Positions 1 through 8,651 of a stretch of DNA of 64,000 bases are shown here, piece after piece. The stretch's first letter is position 1; every line of letters begins with the position of its first letter. The stretch comes from Thermoanaerobaculia bacterium (GTDB lineage: Bacteria > Acidobacteriota > Thermoanaerobaculia > Multivoradales > Multivoraceae), in NCBI GenBank assembly GCA_963666565.1, contig OY762911.1, positions 1 through 64,000 of the forward strand, in the 5' to 3' direction. Under the pieces are notes generated by a model, which made no database searches, was not told the origin of the DNA, and saw only the letters and a program-made list of their open reading frames with translations. The position numbers and the translations under genes were made by a program.

Positions 1-12
1 AGCCTTCTCACC

Positions 13-444
13 GTGACCGCCGCCGCCGACAACCACGGGCCCACGGTGGAAGACCTGGCCTGGATGACCGGAACCTGGAGCGGCCCGGCGCTGGAAGAGA
101 ACTGGGCCATCCCGAAGAACGGCTCGATGGTGGCCCGGGTCCGCGGCTTCTCGCCCGACGGCACGACGAACATGATCGAGCTGATCACGATCGAGGAAGA
201 GAACGACTCCCTGGTGCTGCGTCTCAAGCAGTGGGACCCCGGCATGAAGCCACGCTACGACGGCTTCCTGGTGATGAAGCTCGTCGAGTCGAAGGACCGG
301 ATGATCAAGTTCGAGGACACGGGCGAAGGAGCGCCAATTCTGGCCAAGCTCGGCTACAGCCGCCCCGCCGACGACAAGTTCGTCATCTCGATCGAGACGC
401 CCACCGGCCAGTCGTTCGACATCACGCTCGACGCGGTCAAATAG
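13..444 (+). CDS. DUF6265-like exported beta-rich protein (5' end probably truncated by the window edge)
   Basis: LAWMTGTW..EENW..P..GSM and LRLKQWDP patterns resemble DUF6265; the signal peptide appears to run off the window start. Confidence 0.65.
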   Translation: MTAAADNHGPTVEDLAWMTGTWSGPALEENWAIPKNGSMVARVRGFSPDGTTNMIELITIEEENDSLVLRLKQWDPGMKPRYDGFLVMKLVESKDRMIKFEDTGEGAPILAKLGYSRPADDKFVISIETPTGQSFDITLDAVK

Positions 445-454
445 TCCCGGCGCA

Positions 455-1204
455 GTGACGGCTAGCCGCCTGCGCGGTACGAACTGGGTGCGCCGGCGTC
501 CCCGCCGGCATCCGGCGCGAAGCGCCGGCCTCCGGGGGTGCCGCCACGCCAGCCGCTTCGGATTCGCGACGTCCGCGGCGCTTCTCGTCGCGGGCGCCGA
601 GCTGTTTACGGGGGCCGGCATCGCCGCCGCCCAGGATCGGCCGGCCAGCCCGGCGGGCGCCGCCGCGACCCAGATCGGCGGCTACTTCGACCCGCGCTCC
701 GGCTACGTCAACGGCGGCTGGATCGAAGTCAGGTACGGCCGGCCGCTGCGCCGCGGCCGCGACATCTTCGGTCCGCCCGACTTCATCGCCTTCCTCAACG
801 ACGGCGCCCCGGTGTGGCGAGCGGGCGCGAACCTGACGACCCGGCTGATCACCGAGCTGCCGCTCATCATCGACGAGACCCGCCTCGACCCGGGCGAGTA
901 CACGCTGTTCATCCAGCTCGGCCCGGAGCGGTGGATCCTCATCGTCTCAGAATGGCCGGCGCAGGAGCGCTACGACTACCACGACCGGACGGCGCTCTTC
1001 GGCGCCTACGGCTACACCCCGGACAAGGACGTCCTGCGCACCGACATGACCCTCCAGCCGCTGCCCATGTCCTTCGAACAGTTGTCCTGGCAGTTCCTCG
1101 ACGTGACCCCGGAAGGCGGCCGCCTGGCGCTCTTCTGGGACCGCCAGATGGCGTCGGTGCCCTTCCAGGTCGCCCCGCAACAGGCAGGAGAAACCGATGA
1201 GTGA
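455..1204 (+). CDS. DUF2911-family exported protein
   Basis: IEVRYGRP..RGR.IFG, VWRAGAN.TT.L and GEYTLF motifs; start uncertain because the N-terminus overlaps a REP. Confidence 0.75.
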   Translation: MTASRLRGTNWVRRRPRRHPARSAGLRGCRHASRFGFATSAALLVAGAELFTGAGIAAAQDRPASPAGAAATQIGGYFDPRSGYVNGGWIEVRYGRPLRRGRDIFGPPDFIAFLNDGAPVWRAGANLTTRLITELPLIIDETRLDPGEYTLFIQLGPERWILIVSEWPAQERYDYHDRTALFGAYGYTPDKDVLRTDMTLQPLPMSFEQLSWQFLDVTPEGGRLALFWDRQMASVPFQVAPQQAGETDE

Positions 1205-3476
1205 ATGCGAAGCCACCGCAAGCAGAATGCGGGGCCAGTGCCCGTGCAGCGCCGTGGCGTTCAAGGCCACCGTCGCGGCCGCCGCACTTCTGGCGTTCCT
1301 GGCGCTCGACGCCGCGCACGGGCAGGCCGGCCCGCTGATCGAGCCGGTCACCGACGCCGAACTCGCCGCGACGCCCGACGGCGACTGGCTGAGCTTCCGC
1401 GGCAATCTATCGGCCTGGGGTTACAGCGCGCTCGACGCCGTGAACGTGGAGACCGTCGGACAACTCGACTTCGCCTGGGCGGCGCCGATGGAGGACGGCC
1501 CCAACGAGGCGACGCCCCTCGTGCGCGGCGGCATCGTCTACCTGCCGCAGCCCGAGGACGTGATTCACGCCCTCGACGCGCGGTCCGGCGACCTGATCTG
1601 GGAGTACCGCCGGGAGCACGACTACCTCGACCCCGAGGGGGCGGACCCCGAACGGCGCTTCGGCCAGGGTCTGGGCCGGATCACGCGCAACATCGCGATC
1701 TGGCAGGACGGCCTCTTCGTCGCCACAATGGACGCCTTCATCATCCGCCTGGACGCGAACACCGGCGAGCTGGTGTGGGAAACCCGGGTCGGCGACAGCC
1801 GGATCGCCCATTCCTCCGGTCCGATCGTCGCCGACGGCAAGGTGATCAGCGGGCGCTCCTGCAACATGTCCGTCGCCGGCGGCTGCTATCTGACCGCGCA
1901 CGACGCCGAGGACGGCCGGGAACTGTGGCGCTTCCACACGATCCCGCGGCCGGGCGAACCCGGCGACGAGACCTGGGGCGGCCTGCCGCTGGAGCGCCGG
2001 TTCCACGTCGGCGCCTGGCACGTCGGCTCGTACGACCCGGACCTCGGTCTCGTCTACTGGGGCACTTCGGTGCCCGCGCCGTCGCCGGAAGTGCTGCGCG
2101 GCAGCGGCGCCGGGTCGCTCCTCTACTCCAACAGCACCCTCGCGCTTCGCGCCGACACCGGCGAACTCGCCTGGTACTTCCAGCACCTGCCGCGGGACAA
2201 CTGGGATCTCGACCACCCGTTCGAGCGCATCCTCGTCGACCTGGAGATGGAGCCCGACGAGGAGGCCGCCTGGTCCATCAATCCGACCCTCGAACGCGGC
2301 GACCGGCGGCGGGTGATGACCGGCTTCCCCGGCAAGACCGCCATCCTCTGGACCCTCGACCGGGAGACCGGCGAGTTCCTGTGGGCGCGGGAGACCGTGT
2401 TCCAGAACGTGATCACCCACATCGACCCGCACACCGGCACGGTCACCGTCAACGAGGAGGTCATCCCGAAGGCCCGCGACGAGGAGTACGGCGTCGTCTG
2501 CCCGGCGGCGAGCGGCGGCAAGGACTGGCCCACCGCGGCCTACAGCCCGCTGACCGAGGCGGTCTACGCGCCGCTCCAGGACGTCTGCATGTCGCCGATC
2601 ATCACCGGCGACGGCGAGGGGCCGCCGCAGGGCTACGGCATCAACTTCCGGATGCAACTGGCGCCGAACAAGACGACGGTCGGCCGCCTGGACGCGGTCT
2701 CGGCGCGCACCGGCGAGTCGCTCTGGCGGTTCGAGGAGCCGGCGGGCGTCATGTCCGTGCTGACGACGGGCGGCGGGCTCGTGTTCGCCGGCAACACGAA
2801 CCGGCGTTTTCGCGCGTGGGACGCCGCGACAGGCGAGGTCCTCTGGGAGACGGTGCTGGGCGGCCCGGTCAGCGGCTTCCCGGTCAGCTTCGCGGTCGAC
2901 GGCGAGCAGTACGTCGCGGTGAGCGCGGGCGGCGGCGACCTGCTGAGCGGCCTCTTCAACCGGCTCGGGAACCTGAACGCGCGCTCCGGCGCCAACCTGC
3001 TCTATGCCTTCAAGCTCTCGGACACCGCCGGGCGCGGCCCGATCGAACAGCTGGCCGTCACGGCGGCCGCCGGCGCGGCGACCGCCGGCGAGCCGCCGCC
3101 GATGATCATGATCGACGCGCCGCTGCTCGACGCGGCGGCCCCCTGCGCCGCATTCTCCGCCGAGCAGGCCGAGCGCGGCGCGGCGCTGTACCGGGAACAG
3201 TGCGCCGAATGCCACGGGCCCACGCTGCGCGGCGGCGCCCAGGGCGCGGCGGTCGCGGGCCGCAGTTTCACGAGCTACTGGCGGAACCGCGCCGCCAGCG
3301 GGCTCTACCGGACGATCCGCGAGACGATGCCCCAGGGCCGGGAGGGCACGATCGGCCCGGCGGCCTCGGCCGACCTGGTCGCCTTCCTGCTGAGCGAGAA
3401 CGGCGCCGAGCCGGCCGGCGAGTTCGGCACGGACGTCGACACGCTGGACGGCCAACGCACCTGCTTCCGGCAGTAG
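1197..3476 (+). CDS. PQQ-dependent dehydrogenase with C-terminal cytochrome c (quinohemoprotein-like)
   Basis: Signal peptide, repeated W-docking beta-propeller motifs (DARSGDLIW, DANTGELVW, DAATGEVLW), RDNWDLD, and CAECH heme motif near the C-terminus. Confidence 0.9.
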   Translation: MSECEATASRMRGQCPCSAVAFKATVAAAALLAFLALDAAHGQAGPLIEPVTDAELAATPDGDWLSFRGNLSAWGYSALDAVNVETVGQLDFAWAAPMEDGPNEATPLVRGGIVYLPQPEDVIHALDARSGDLIWEYRREHDYLDPEGADPERRFGQGLGRITRNIAIWQDGLFVATMDAFIIRLDANTGELVWETRVGDSRIAHSSGPIVADGKVISGRSCNMSVAGGCYLTAHDAEDGRELWRFHTIPRPGEPGDETWGGLPLERRFHVGAWHVGSYDPDLGLVYWGTSVPAPSPEVLRGSGAGSLLYSNSTLALRADTGELAWYFQHLPRDNWDLDHPFERILVDLEMEPDEEAAWSINPTLERGDRRRVMTGFPGKTAILWTLDRETGEFLWARETVFQNVITHIDPHTGTVTVNEEVIPKARDEEYGVVCPAASGGKDWPTAAYSPLTEAVYAPLQDVCMSPIITGDGEGPPQGYGINFRMQLAPNKTTVGRLDAVSARTGESLWRFEEPAGVMSVLTTGGGLVFAGNTNRRFRAWDAATGEVLWETVLGGPVSGFPVSFAVDGEQYVAVSAGGGDLLSGLFNRLGNLNARSGANLLYAFKLSDTAGRGPIEQLAVTAAAGAATAGEPPPMIMIDAPLLDAAAPCAAFSAEQAERGAALYREQCAECHGPTLRGGAQGAAVAGRSFTSYWRNRAASGLYRTIRETMPQGREGTIGPAASADLVAFLLSENGAEPAGEFGTDVDTLDGQRTCFRQ

Positions 3477-3490
3477 CTCGCCAGCGACGA

Positions 3491-3599
3491 CGTCACGCAC
3501 TGGGTGCGCCGGCGTGCCATCCGCGCGCCCGATGACGGGCGCGCGGACTGGTTCACGGGTGGACGCGGCTCGCGCCACCCGGGTTCCCGCCGGCTGCCG
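3491..3599 (+). repeat. 109-nt structured REP-derived element, copy A
   Basis: Homologous to the reverse complement of 61063-61171; CTGGGTGC head followed by nested hairpins. Confidence 0.8.
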
Positions 3600-3648
3600 C
3601 CGAAGGCGGCGTCAGAACGCGCGGGCCGTCCGACGCAGACCGCCCGGC

Positions 3649-4746
3649 CTACCCATGATCGTGCCCGTCATGGTCGTCATGACCCGCGTCGCCGTCCTCG
3701 TGATCGTGCCCGTCATGATCGTCGTGGCCCGCCTCGTCCCGATCGTCGCCGCCGGCTTCGCCGTCATCGTCATGGCCGGCCTCGTCGTGCGCGTGGCCCT
3801 CGTGATCTGCCTCGTCGTGCTCGTCGTCCTCGTCGTGAGCGTGGGCCTCCTGCTGCCCATGCGCATGCCCGTGATCGTGACCGTCGTGCGCGTGGCCGGG
3901 ATGCACGTGCCAGATGCTCATGATCGCCATCACGGCGATGCCGATCAGCACCAGCGCGAACTTGAGCCAGCGGTCCCGGTCCTGTTCGGGCATCGGCACG
4001 TCGTCGTCGCCGATCAGCGCGCTCCGCACGTAGTGCGCGATCCGGTCCCGCTCCCGCGAGAGTTCCGCGTCGAGCACGTCCATCACCGCCACGTAGACGA
4101 ACGTGCCGGCAGCGAGCGCGTTGAAACTGCCCTCGAAGACGAGCGACGCCCTGCCCTGAAGCACCTCTCCCGCCACCGTGCCGAGCACGATCCCGATCGG
4201 CGTCATGACCGAGAACAGCGCCAGCGTCTGCCACAACGCCCGGTTGCCCGCGGCGTGCGCGGTCACGATCAGGGCGAACGCGGCGGAGCCCTTGTGGAAC
4301 AGGATGCCGAACATCACCACCAGCGCGGCAGCGGCTTCCGGCTGAAGACCGAGCGCCATGCCGGCGATGATCGAGTGAACGGACAGCACGACGAGCAGGA
4401 CGAAGGCGTAGAAGGGCGGCCTGGTCGGTTCCTCTTCTTCCTGGCCCAGCATCGAGTTGCGGTTCTCGAGCACAACCCGGTCGATCAGGAGCAGCAGGCC
4501 CACGCCGAGGGCCGCCAGCAGCGGGGCCAGCGGATAGTCCACCACTCCCCGCAACGCCTCGTCGGCCTCGGGCAGCAGGTGGACGAACCCGACGCCGAGG
4601 AAGATGCCTCCGGCGAGCGCGTTGCCCAGGGAGAGGTAGCGGCGGCTCGCCTGCTGCCTCGCGACCAGGATGGGGATCATGCCGCCGACGATGGCGATGC
4701 CGAAGATCGACAGGCCGGCGATGACCTTGATGACAAGGGGTGACAT
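3649..4746 (-). CDS. ZIP-family divalent metal transporter with His/Asp-rich C-terminal tail
   Basis: Multiple TM helices; GIFLGVGFVHLLP, SVHSIIAG and LFHKG ZIP motifs; roughly 80-aa His/Asp/Glu tail. Confidence 0.9.
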   Translation of the reverse strand: MSPLVIKVIAGLSIFGIAIVGGMIPILVARQQASRRYLSLGNALAGGIFLGVGFVHLLPEADEALRGVVDYPLAPLLAALGVGLLLLIDRVVLENRNSMLGQEEEEPTRPPFYAFVLLVVLSVHSIIAGMALGLQPEAAAALVVMFGILFHKGSAAFALIVTAHAAGNRALWQTLALFSVMTPIGIVLGTVAGEVLQGRASLVFEGSFNALAAGTFVYVAVMDVLDAELSRERDRIAHYVRSALIGDDDVPMPEQDRDRWLKFALVLIGIAVMAIMSIWHVHPGHAHDGHDHGHAHGQQEAHAHDEDDEHDEADHEGHAHDEAGHDDDGEAGGDDRDEAGHDDHDGHDHEDGDAGHDDHDGHDHG

Positions 4747-4777
4747 CAGCGTGCTCCTCCTGCGTTGCGTCGACCTT

Positions 4778-5488
4778 TCAAGGGGATCCGCCGGCCGCTC
4801 CGGCGTCGCGCAATGAGGGCGGCAGCAACTCCGGCCTCGTCTGGAAATTCGCGGCCGCCGCCCCGACGTAGGCCGGCCGCCCGTTCAGCCGCTCCCGGTA
4901 GGCGGCGAGCCGCGGGCCGATCGGCTCGTTGTAGGCAACCGCCCAGTCCAGGCAACTGCCGAGCAGGATATCGACGCCGGTGAATCGGTCGCCGAGCAGG
5001 AAGTCCCGGCCGTCCGCGAACTCGAGCTCCGCCACGGCGACCTGCTTCGCGAACCCCTCCGAGGCCGCCTGGACCGCCGCCGGCGCCTCGCCGTAGAGGT
5101 GGGCGAGGTCGCGATGCTTGCGGATCACGTAGAGCGTGTGGGCGTCGAGCTCCATCATCACGAAGAAGGACCACTGGTCGTACCGTGCCCGCGCCTCGCT
5201 GCCCGCGGCCGGCGCCAGGCCGTCCGGCCGGCCGTAGGTCTCGGCCAGGTAGTTCACGATCGCCGCGCTCTCGGCGAGCACGAGATCGCCGTCCTGGAGC
5301 AGCGGGATCTTCTGGCGCGGATTGAGCTTCGTGAACTCGTCCGTCTGCGTCTCGCCCGTCCGCGGACCGATCGGCCTGTGCTCGTAGTCGAGCCCGAGTT
5401 CGGCCAGCGCCCAGTGCGCGCGCAATGTCCGGGACGTGCTGCAGCCCCACAGCACCAAGTCCGAGGCCGTAGTCCGCTCGTCTGTCAT
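4778..5488 (-). CDS. Glutathione S-transferase family protein
   Basis: LNPRQKIPLLQDG, ESAAIVNYL and FTGVDILL GST motifs. Confidence 0.9.
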   Translation of the reverse strand: MTDERTTASDLVLWGCSTSRTLRAHWALAELGLDYEHRPIGPRTGETQTDEFTKLNPRQKIPLLQDGDLVLAESAAIVNYLAETYGRPDGLAPAAGSEARARYDQWSFFVMMELDAHTLYVIRKHRDLAHLYGEAPAAVQAASEGFAKQVAVAELEFADGRDFLLGDRFTGVDILLGSCLDWAVAYNEPIGPRLAAYRERLNGRPAYVGAAAANFQTRPELLPPSLRDAGAAGGSP

Positions 5489-5571
5489 CGGGCCGGTACA
5501 GGATGACAGAAAGGCCAGCGGGATGGAACGCTGCGCCGGATTGAAGCAGCGGAAAGGCTGTCACGCCCATT

Positions 5572-5599
5572 GGGTAGAATGGCCGGCAGTCTTCTACCC
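5572..5599 (+). promoter_or_regulatory. vapBC promoter/operator inverted repeat
   Basis: GGGTAGAA-N12-TTCTACCC overlapping a TAGAAT -10-like hexamer, just upstream of vapB. Confidence 0.6.
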
Positions 5600-5610
5600 G
5601 GGTGACCGCC

Positions 5611-5868
5611 ATGAGCCTGAACATCAAGAACGAAGAGACCTGCCGCCTCGCCGCCAAGCTTGCTCGCCTTACCGGCGAGACCAAGACCGGGGCGATCACC
5701 CTCGCGTTGCGCGAGCGGTTGGATCGCGAGCAGCGCGAAAGAAGGGCGGACACTTTGGCACGCGACCTTCGCGACATCGGAGAACGCTGCGCCAAGCTCC
5801 TGAAACCAGGCCCCTCAGCGATCGAGCACGGGAACTTTCTCTACGACGAGCGGGGGCTGCCGAAGTGA
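5611..5868 (+). CDS. vapB: VapB antitoxin (Rv0623-like)
   Basis: MSLNIKN...LA.LTGE.KT.AI..AL.ERL...LYDE.GLP signature; GTGA overlap with vapC. Confidence 0.9.
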   Translation: MSLNIKNEETCRLAAKLARLTGETKTGAITLALRERLDREQRERRADTLARDLRDIGERCAKLLKPGPSAIEHGNFLYDERGLPK

Positions 5869-6251
5869 TCATCGATACGTCCGCCTTGCTGGCGATCCTG
5901 CTCCGCGAGCCGGATGCCGAGCGGTACGAACGCGCCATTGCTGGCGCGTGGCCTCGACGCATCTCGACAGTAGCCCTGCTGGAAGCGGCCATGGTCGTCG
6001 AATCTCGCGGTGGCGCCGCGGCAGGCGAGGAACTCGATGAACTCCTGGCCCGAGCCGAAGTCGAACTGGTCGCGGTAACTCCGGAGCAGGCGGTCGCAGC
6101 CCGGCGTGCATGGCGCAGGTTCGGCAGGGGGAACCACCCCGCGAAGCTCAACTTCGGCGACTGCTTCGCCTACGCGCTCGCCAGCACGACCGGCGAACCT
6201 CTCCTGTTCAAGGGCGAGGACTTCGCCCGCACCGACATCGAGGCCGCGTGA
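5865..6251 (+). CDS. vapC: VapC PIN-domain toxin
   Basis: IIDTSALLAIL..E, LNFGDCFAYALA and LLFKGEDF..TD PIN motifs. Confidence 0.92.
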   Translation: MIIDTSALLAILLREPDAERYERAIAGAWPRRISTVALLEAAMVVESRGGAAAGEELDELLARAEVELVAVTPEQAVAARRAWRRFGRGNHPAKLNFGDCFAYALASTTGEPLLFKGEDFARTDIEAA

Positions 6252-6260
6252 CCGCGCCCT

Positions 6261-7235
6261 TCAGAGACCGGCCACGAACGGGCTCGGTTCGCCGAATCCC
6301 CGGCTCGCCTCGAAGCGCAGGTCGTTCCCGGTGGCCCTTTGCCGCCGGAGACGATGCAGGGCGGCCTCGCAGTACTCCAGGTCGCCATCGAAGAGCGACT
6401 TCGGCGGCCGCGGGACTTCGTCTGGCCGCTCCGGTTCTTTCCTCCGCGCCGCTCGTGCCGAGGAACAGGGCCAGCAGGTCCTCGTCCTCGTTCGACTGCG
6501 GTTGCAGCCGTTCGTCGAACCGCCTCGCCTCCTCGGCGGCGGACGCGTCGAACGAGCGCCGGTACGTCGCGCGGTCCCGGAACGCCTCGCGCACCTGGTC
6601 CTGGATGTCCTTCTTGAACCGGCGAACCACGAGGCCCTTGCCGCCAAAGTCCTCCCTGGAGCAGTCATCGGGATCCGCGATGGCGGTCGCGTCCAGCATG
6701 TTCACCAGGCTCGCGAAGCTCCTCGCCTTGCCGTCGTGGGGAGTCGCCGAGAGCATGATCAGCGTGTCGGAGCGCCGCGCCAGCAGACGGGCCAGGTGGC
6801 TGCGCTGACCAGGATGCCTGCTTACAGCGTCTTGCCGAGGCCGACCGCGTCGGCGATCAGGATGCGCTGCCGCGGCCGGGCGAGGGCCTGTCGAGCCGGG
6901 TCGAGCTGGTACTGGACCAGATCCATGGCGGCCTGATGGCCGACGTGAATGCGGCCGTCGTTGGGCACGGTCGCGCGTAGCTGGCTCTCCATGTAGAGCC
7001 GGCTGTCCCCGAAGGAGGGCGAGAGATCCGGCGTGAGCCGGGTCTCGGCCGGATCGAGGAACTCGATCTCCTCCAGGGAACTGAGGAAGACGGCCTCCTG
7101 CTCGCGGACGAGTTCCGAAACGCCGCCGCAGACGAGCTGGTACCCGCCTTGCGAGGCCATGTCCACCCGGCGCACGATCCACTCCGCGTCCCGGACCAGG
7201 ACGCGGCTGCCGGGCGCGGGAACGGGTGCGGTCAA
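6261..7235 (-). pseudogene. Internally deleted SNF2/DEAD-like helicase (DrmD-like, defence-associated) remnant
   Basis: RILIADAVGLGKTL (motif I) then stop; in another frame LIMLSATPHDGK (motif III) and RRFKKDI; motif II and helicase C domain absent. Confidence 0.8.
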
Positions 7236-7275
7236 GGCGTCACCCGACCCGATGCGTAGCCGAAGAGGCCGGCCC

Positions 7276-7485
7276 CTACCCCGACCGCGGCAACGACGCC
7301 GCCAGCGAGACGGCCAGACACACCATGGCGAGGACGTAGAAGGCGATCGTCACCACGTCGGCCAGCAGCGGCACGTCGACCGGGCCGGACAGGGATCGCC
7401 GGCAGGCGGCTATGGGCAGGCCCGCGCCGATCAGGCCGAGAACGATCCAGCGCGCCCAGGTCAGTCGAGAGTTCGGTTCCGCCAT
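7276..7485 (-). CDS. Small two-TM hypothetical protein
   Basis: 69-aa ORF with two hydrophobic segments in an otherwise empty gap. Confidence 0.4.
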   Translation of the reverse strand: MAEPNSRLTWARWIVLGLIGAGLPIAACRRSLSGPVDVPLLADVVTIAFYVLAMVCLAVSLAASLPRSG

Positions 7486-7614
7486 GGTTTCGCTGATTCC
7501 CCGTCCGGTCGTCGTGTCTTCGGTCCGCGGCGCCCCCGCGCGGCGAAGGGGAGGATGTCACAGATCGCGGAGTTTCGCAGCCGGCGGCTCGCTGCGGGGC
7601 GATAGTCTCCAACC

Positions 7615-8457
7615 ATGCCAAGCATCAACTTCATCCCTCATCCGCTCAGCGGTACGCCGATGGGCGCCGCGCTCGACCTGTGCGTCATCCTGGCGATCCT
7701 GTGCTGGCTCGCCGCCGTCCTCACCCGCGAGTACTCGTGGGTGGACCGGCTTTGGTCGATCTGCCCGCCCGCGTACTGCCTGATCGTGGCCTTCTCCTCG
7801 GGCTTCGAGATGTCGCGGGTCAACGTCATGACCCTCCTCGCGGTGCTGTGGGGAGCGCGACTCACCTTCAACTTCGCCCGCAAGGGCGGTTACGGGAAGG
7901 GCGGCGAGGACTACCGCTGGGAGACCGTCCGCGAGCGCTACGGGCCGATCGGCATCCAGGTCATGAACGCGACGTTCATCGCGCCCGGCCAGATGCTGCT
8001 GATCTGGTGGTTCACCGCGCCGATCCACGCCGCCTGGGAGGCGGGCGACGCGCCGATGGGCGGTCTCGACTACCTGGCTGCCGGGCTGTTCCTGGTGCTG
8101 CTGGTCGGCGAAACGGTCGCCGACGAGCAGATGTGGGCGTTCCAGCAGGACAAGAAGCGGAGGATCGCGGCCGGCGAGGAGGTCGCGCAGCCGTTCATGA
8201 ACACCGGCCTCTATCGCTACAGCCGCCATCCGAACTACTTCTGCGAACTCGGCATGTGGTGCGTGTTCTACCTGTTCGCCGTGGCGGCTTCGGGCGAATG
8301 GCTCCACTGGACGGGTATCGGCTGCCTGGCGCTCATCGCGCTGTTCGCGGGGTCGATTCGACTCGGCGAATCGATCTCCGCGGAGAAGTACCCGGCCTAC
8401 AGCGATTACCAGGCGTCCGTTGCCTGCGTGATTCCGGGGTTGCGGCTGGGGCGCTGA
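7615..8457 (+). CDS. DUF1295 / steroid 5-alpha reductase-like membrane protein
   Basis: SWVDRLWS, WGARLT.NF.RK, EDYRW, GETVADEQ and GLYRYSRHPNYFCE motifs. Confidence 0.9.
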   Translation: MPSINFIPHPLSGTPMGAALDLCVILAILCWLAAVLTREYSWVDRLWSICPPAYCLIVAFSSGFEMSRVNVMTLLAVLWGARLTFNFARKGGYGKGGEDYRWETVRERYGPIGIQVMNATFIAPGQMLLIWWFTAPIHAAWEAGDAPMGGLDYLAAGLFLVLLVGETVADEQMWAFQQDKKRRIAAGEEVAQPFMNTGLYRYSRHPNYFCELGMWCVFYLFAVAASGEWLHWTGIGCLALIALFAGSIRLGESISAEKYPAYSDYQASVACVIPGLRLGR

Positions 8458-8458
8458 T

Positions 8459-8603
8459 GTGGAGCCGGCCTGACGGCCGGCGCGGGTTCCGGCCGCCCGC
8501 GGCGGCAAGCGGGTCGGAACCCGGCTGGCGCGTCCCCGCGCCAGCCGCGTCACAGTCCGAGCGCCCGTCTTCGGGCGGTCGGATGTCAGACCCGCGCACC
8601 CAG
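8459..8603. repeat. Composite REP element
   Basis: GTGGAGCCGGCCTGACGGCCGGC at the left end and GACCCGCGCACCCAG at the right end. Confidence 0.7.
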
Positions 8604-8651
8604 TGGTACGCTCGCGGGCGCTCAGTTCAACCCCGTAAGGAGGATTCTCGC

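Noticed and set aside
1205-3578. Long alternate-frame and antisense ORFs (also 8622-11705, most of 15778-18435, 52048-54915, 58666-61230)
   Set aside because: Arg/Pro/Gly-rich shadows of real genes, as expected from high GC3 codon bias
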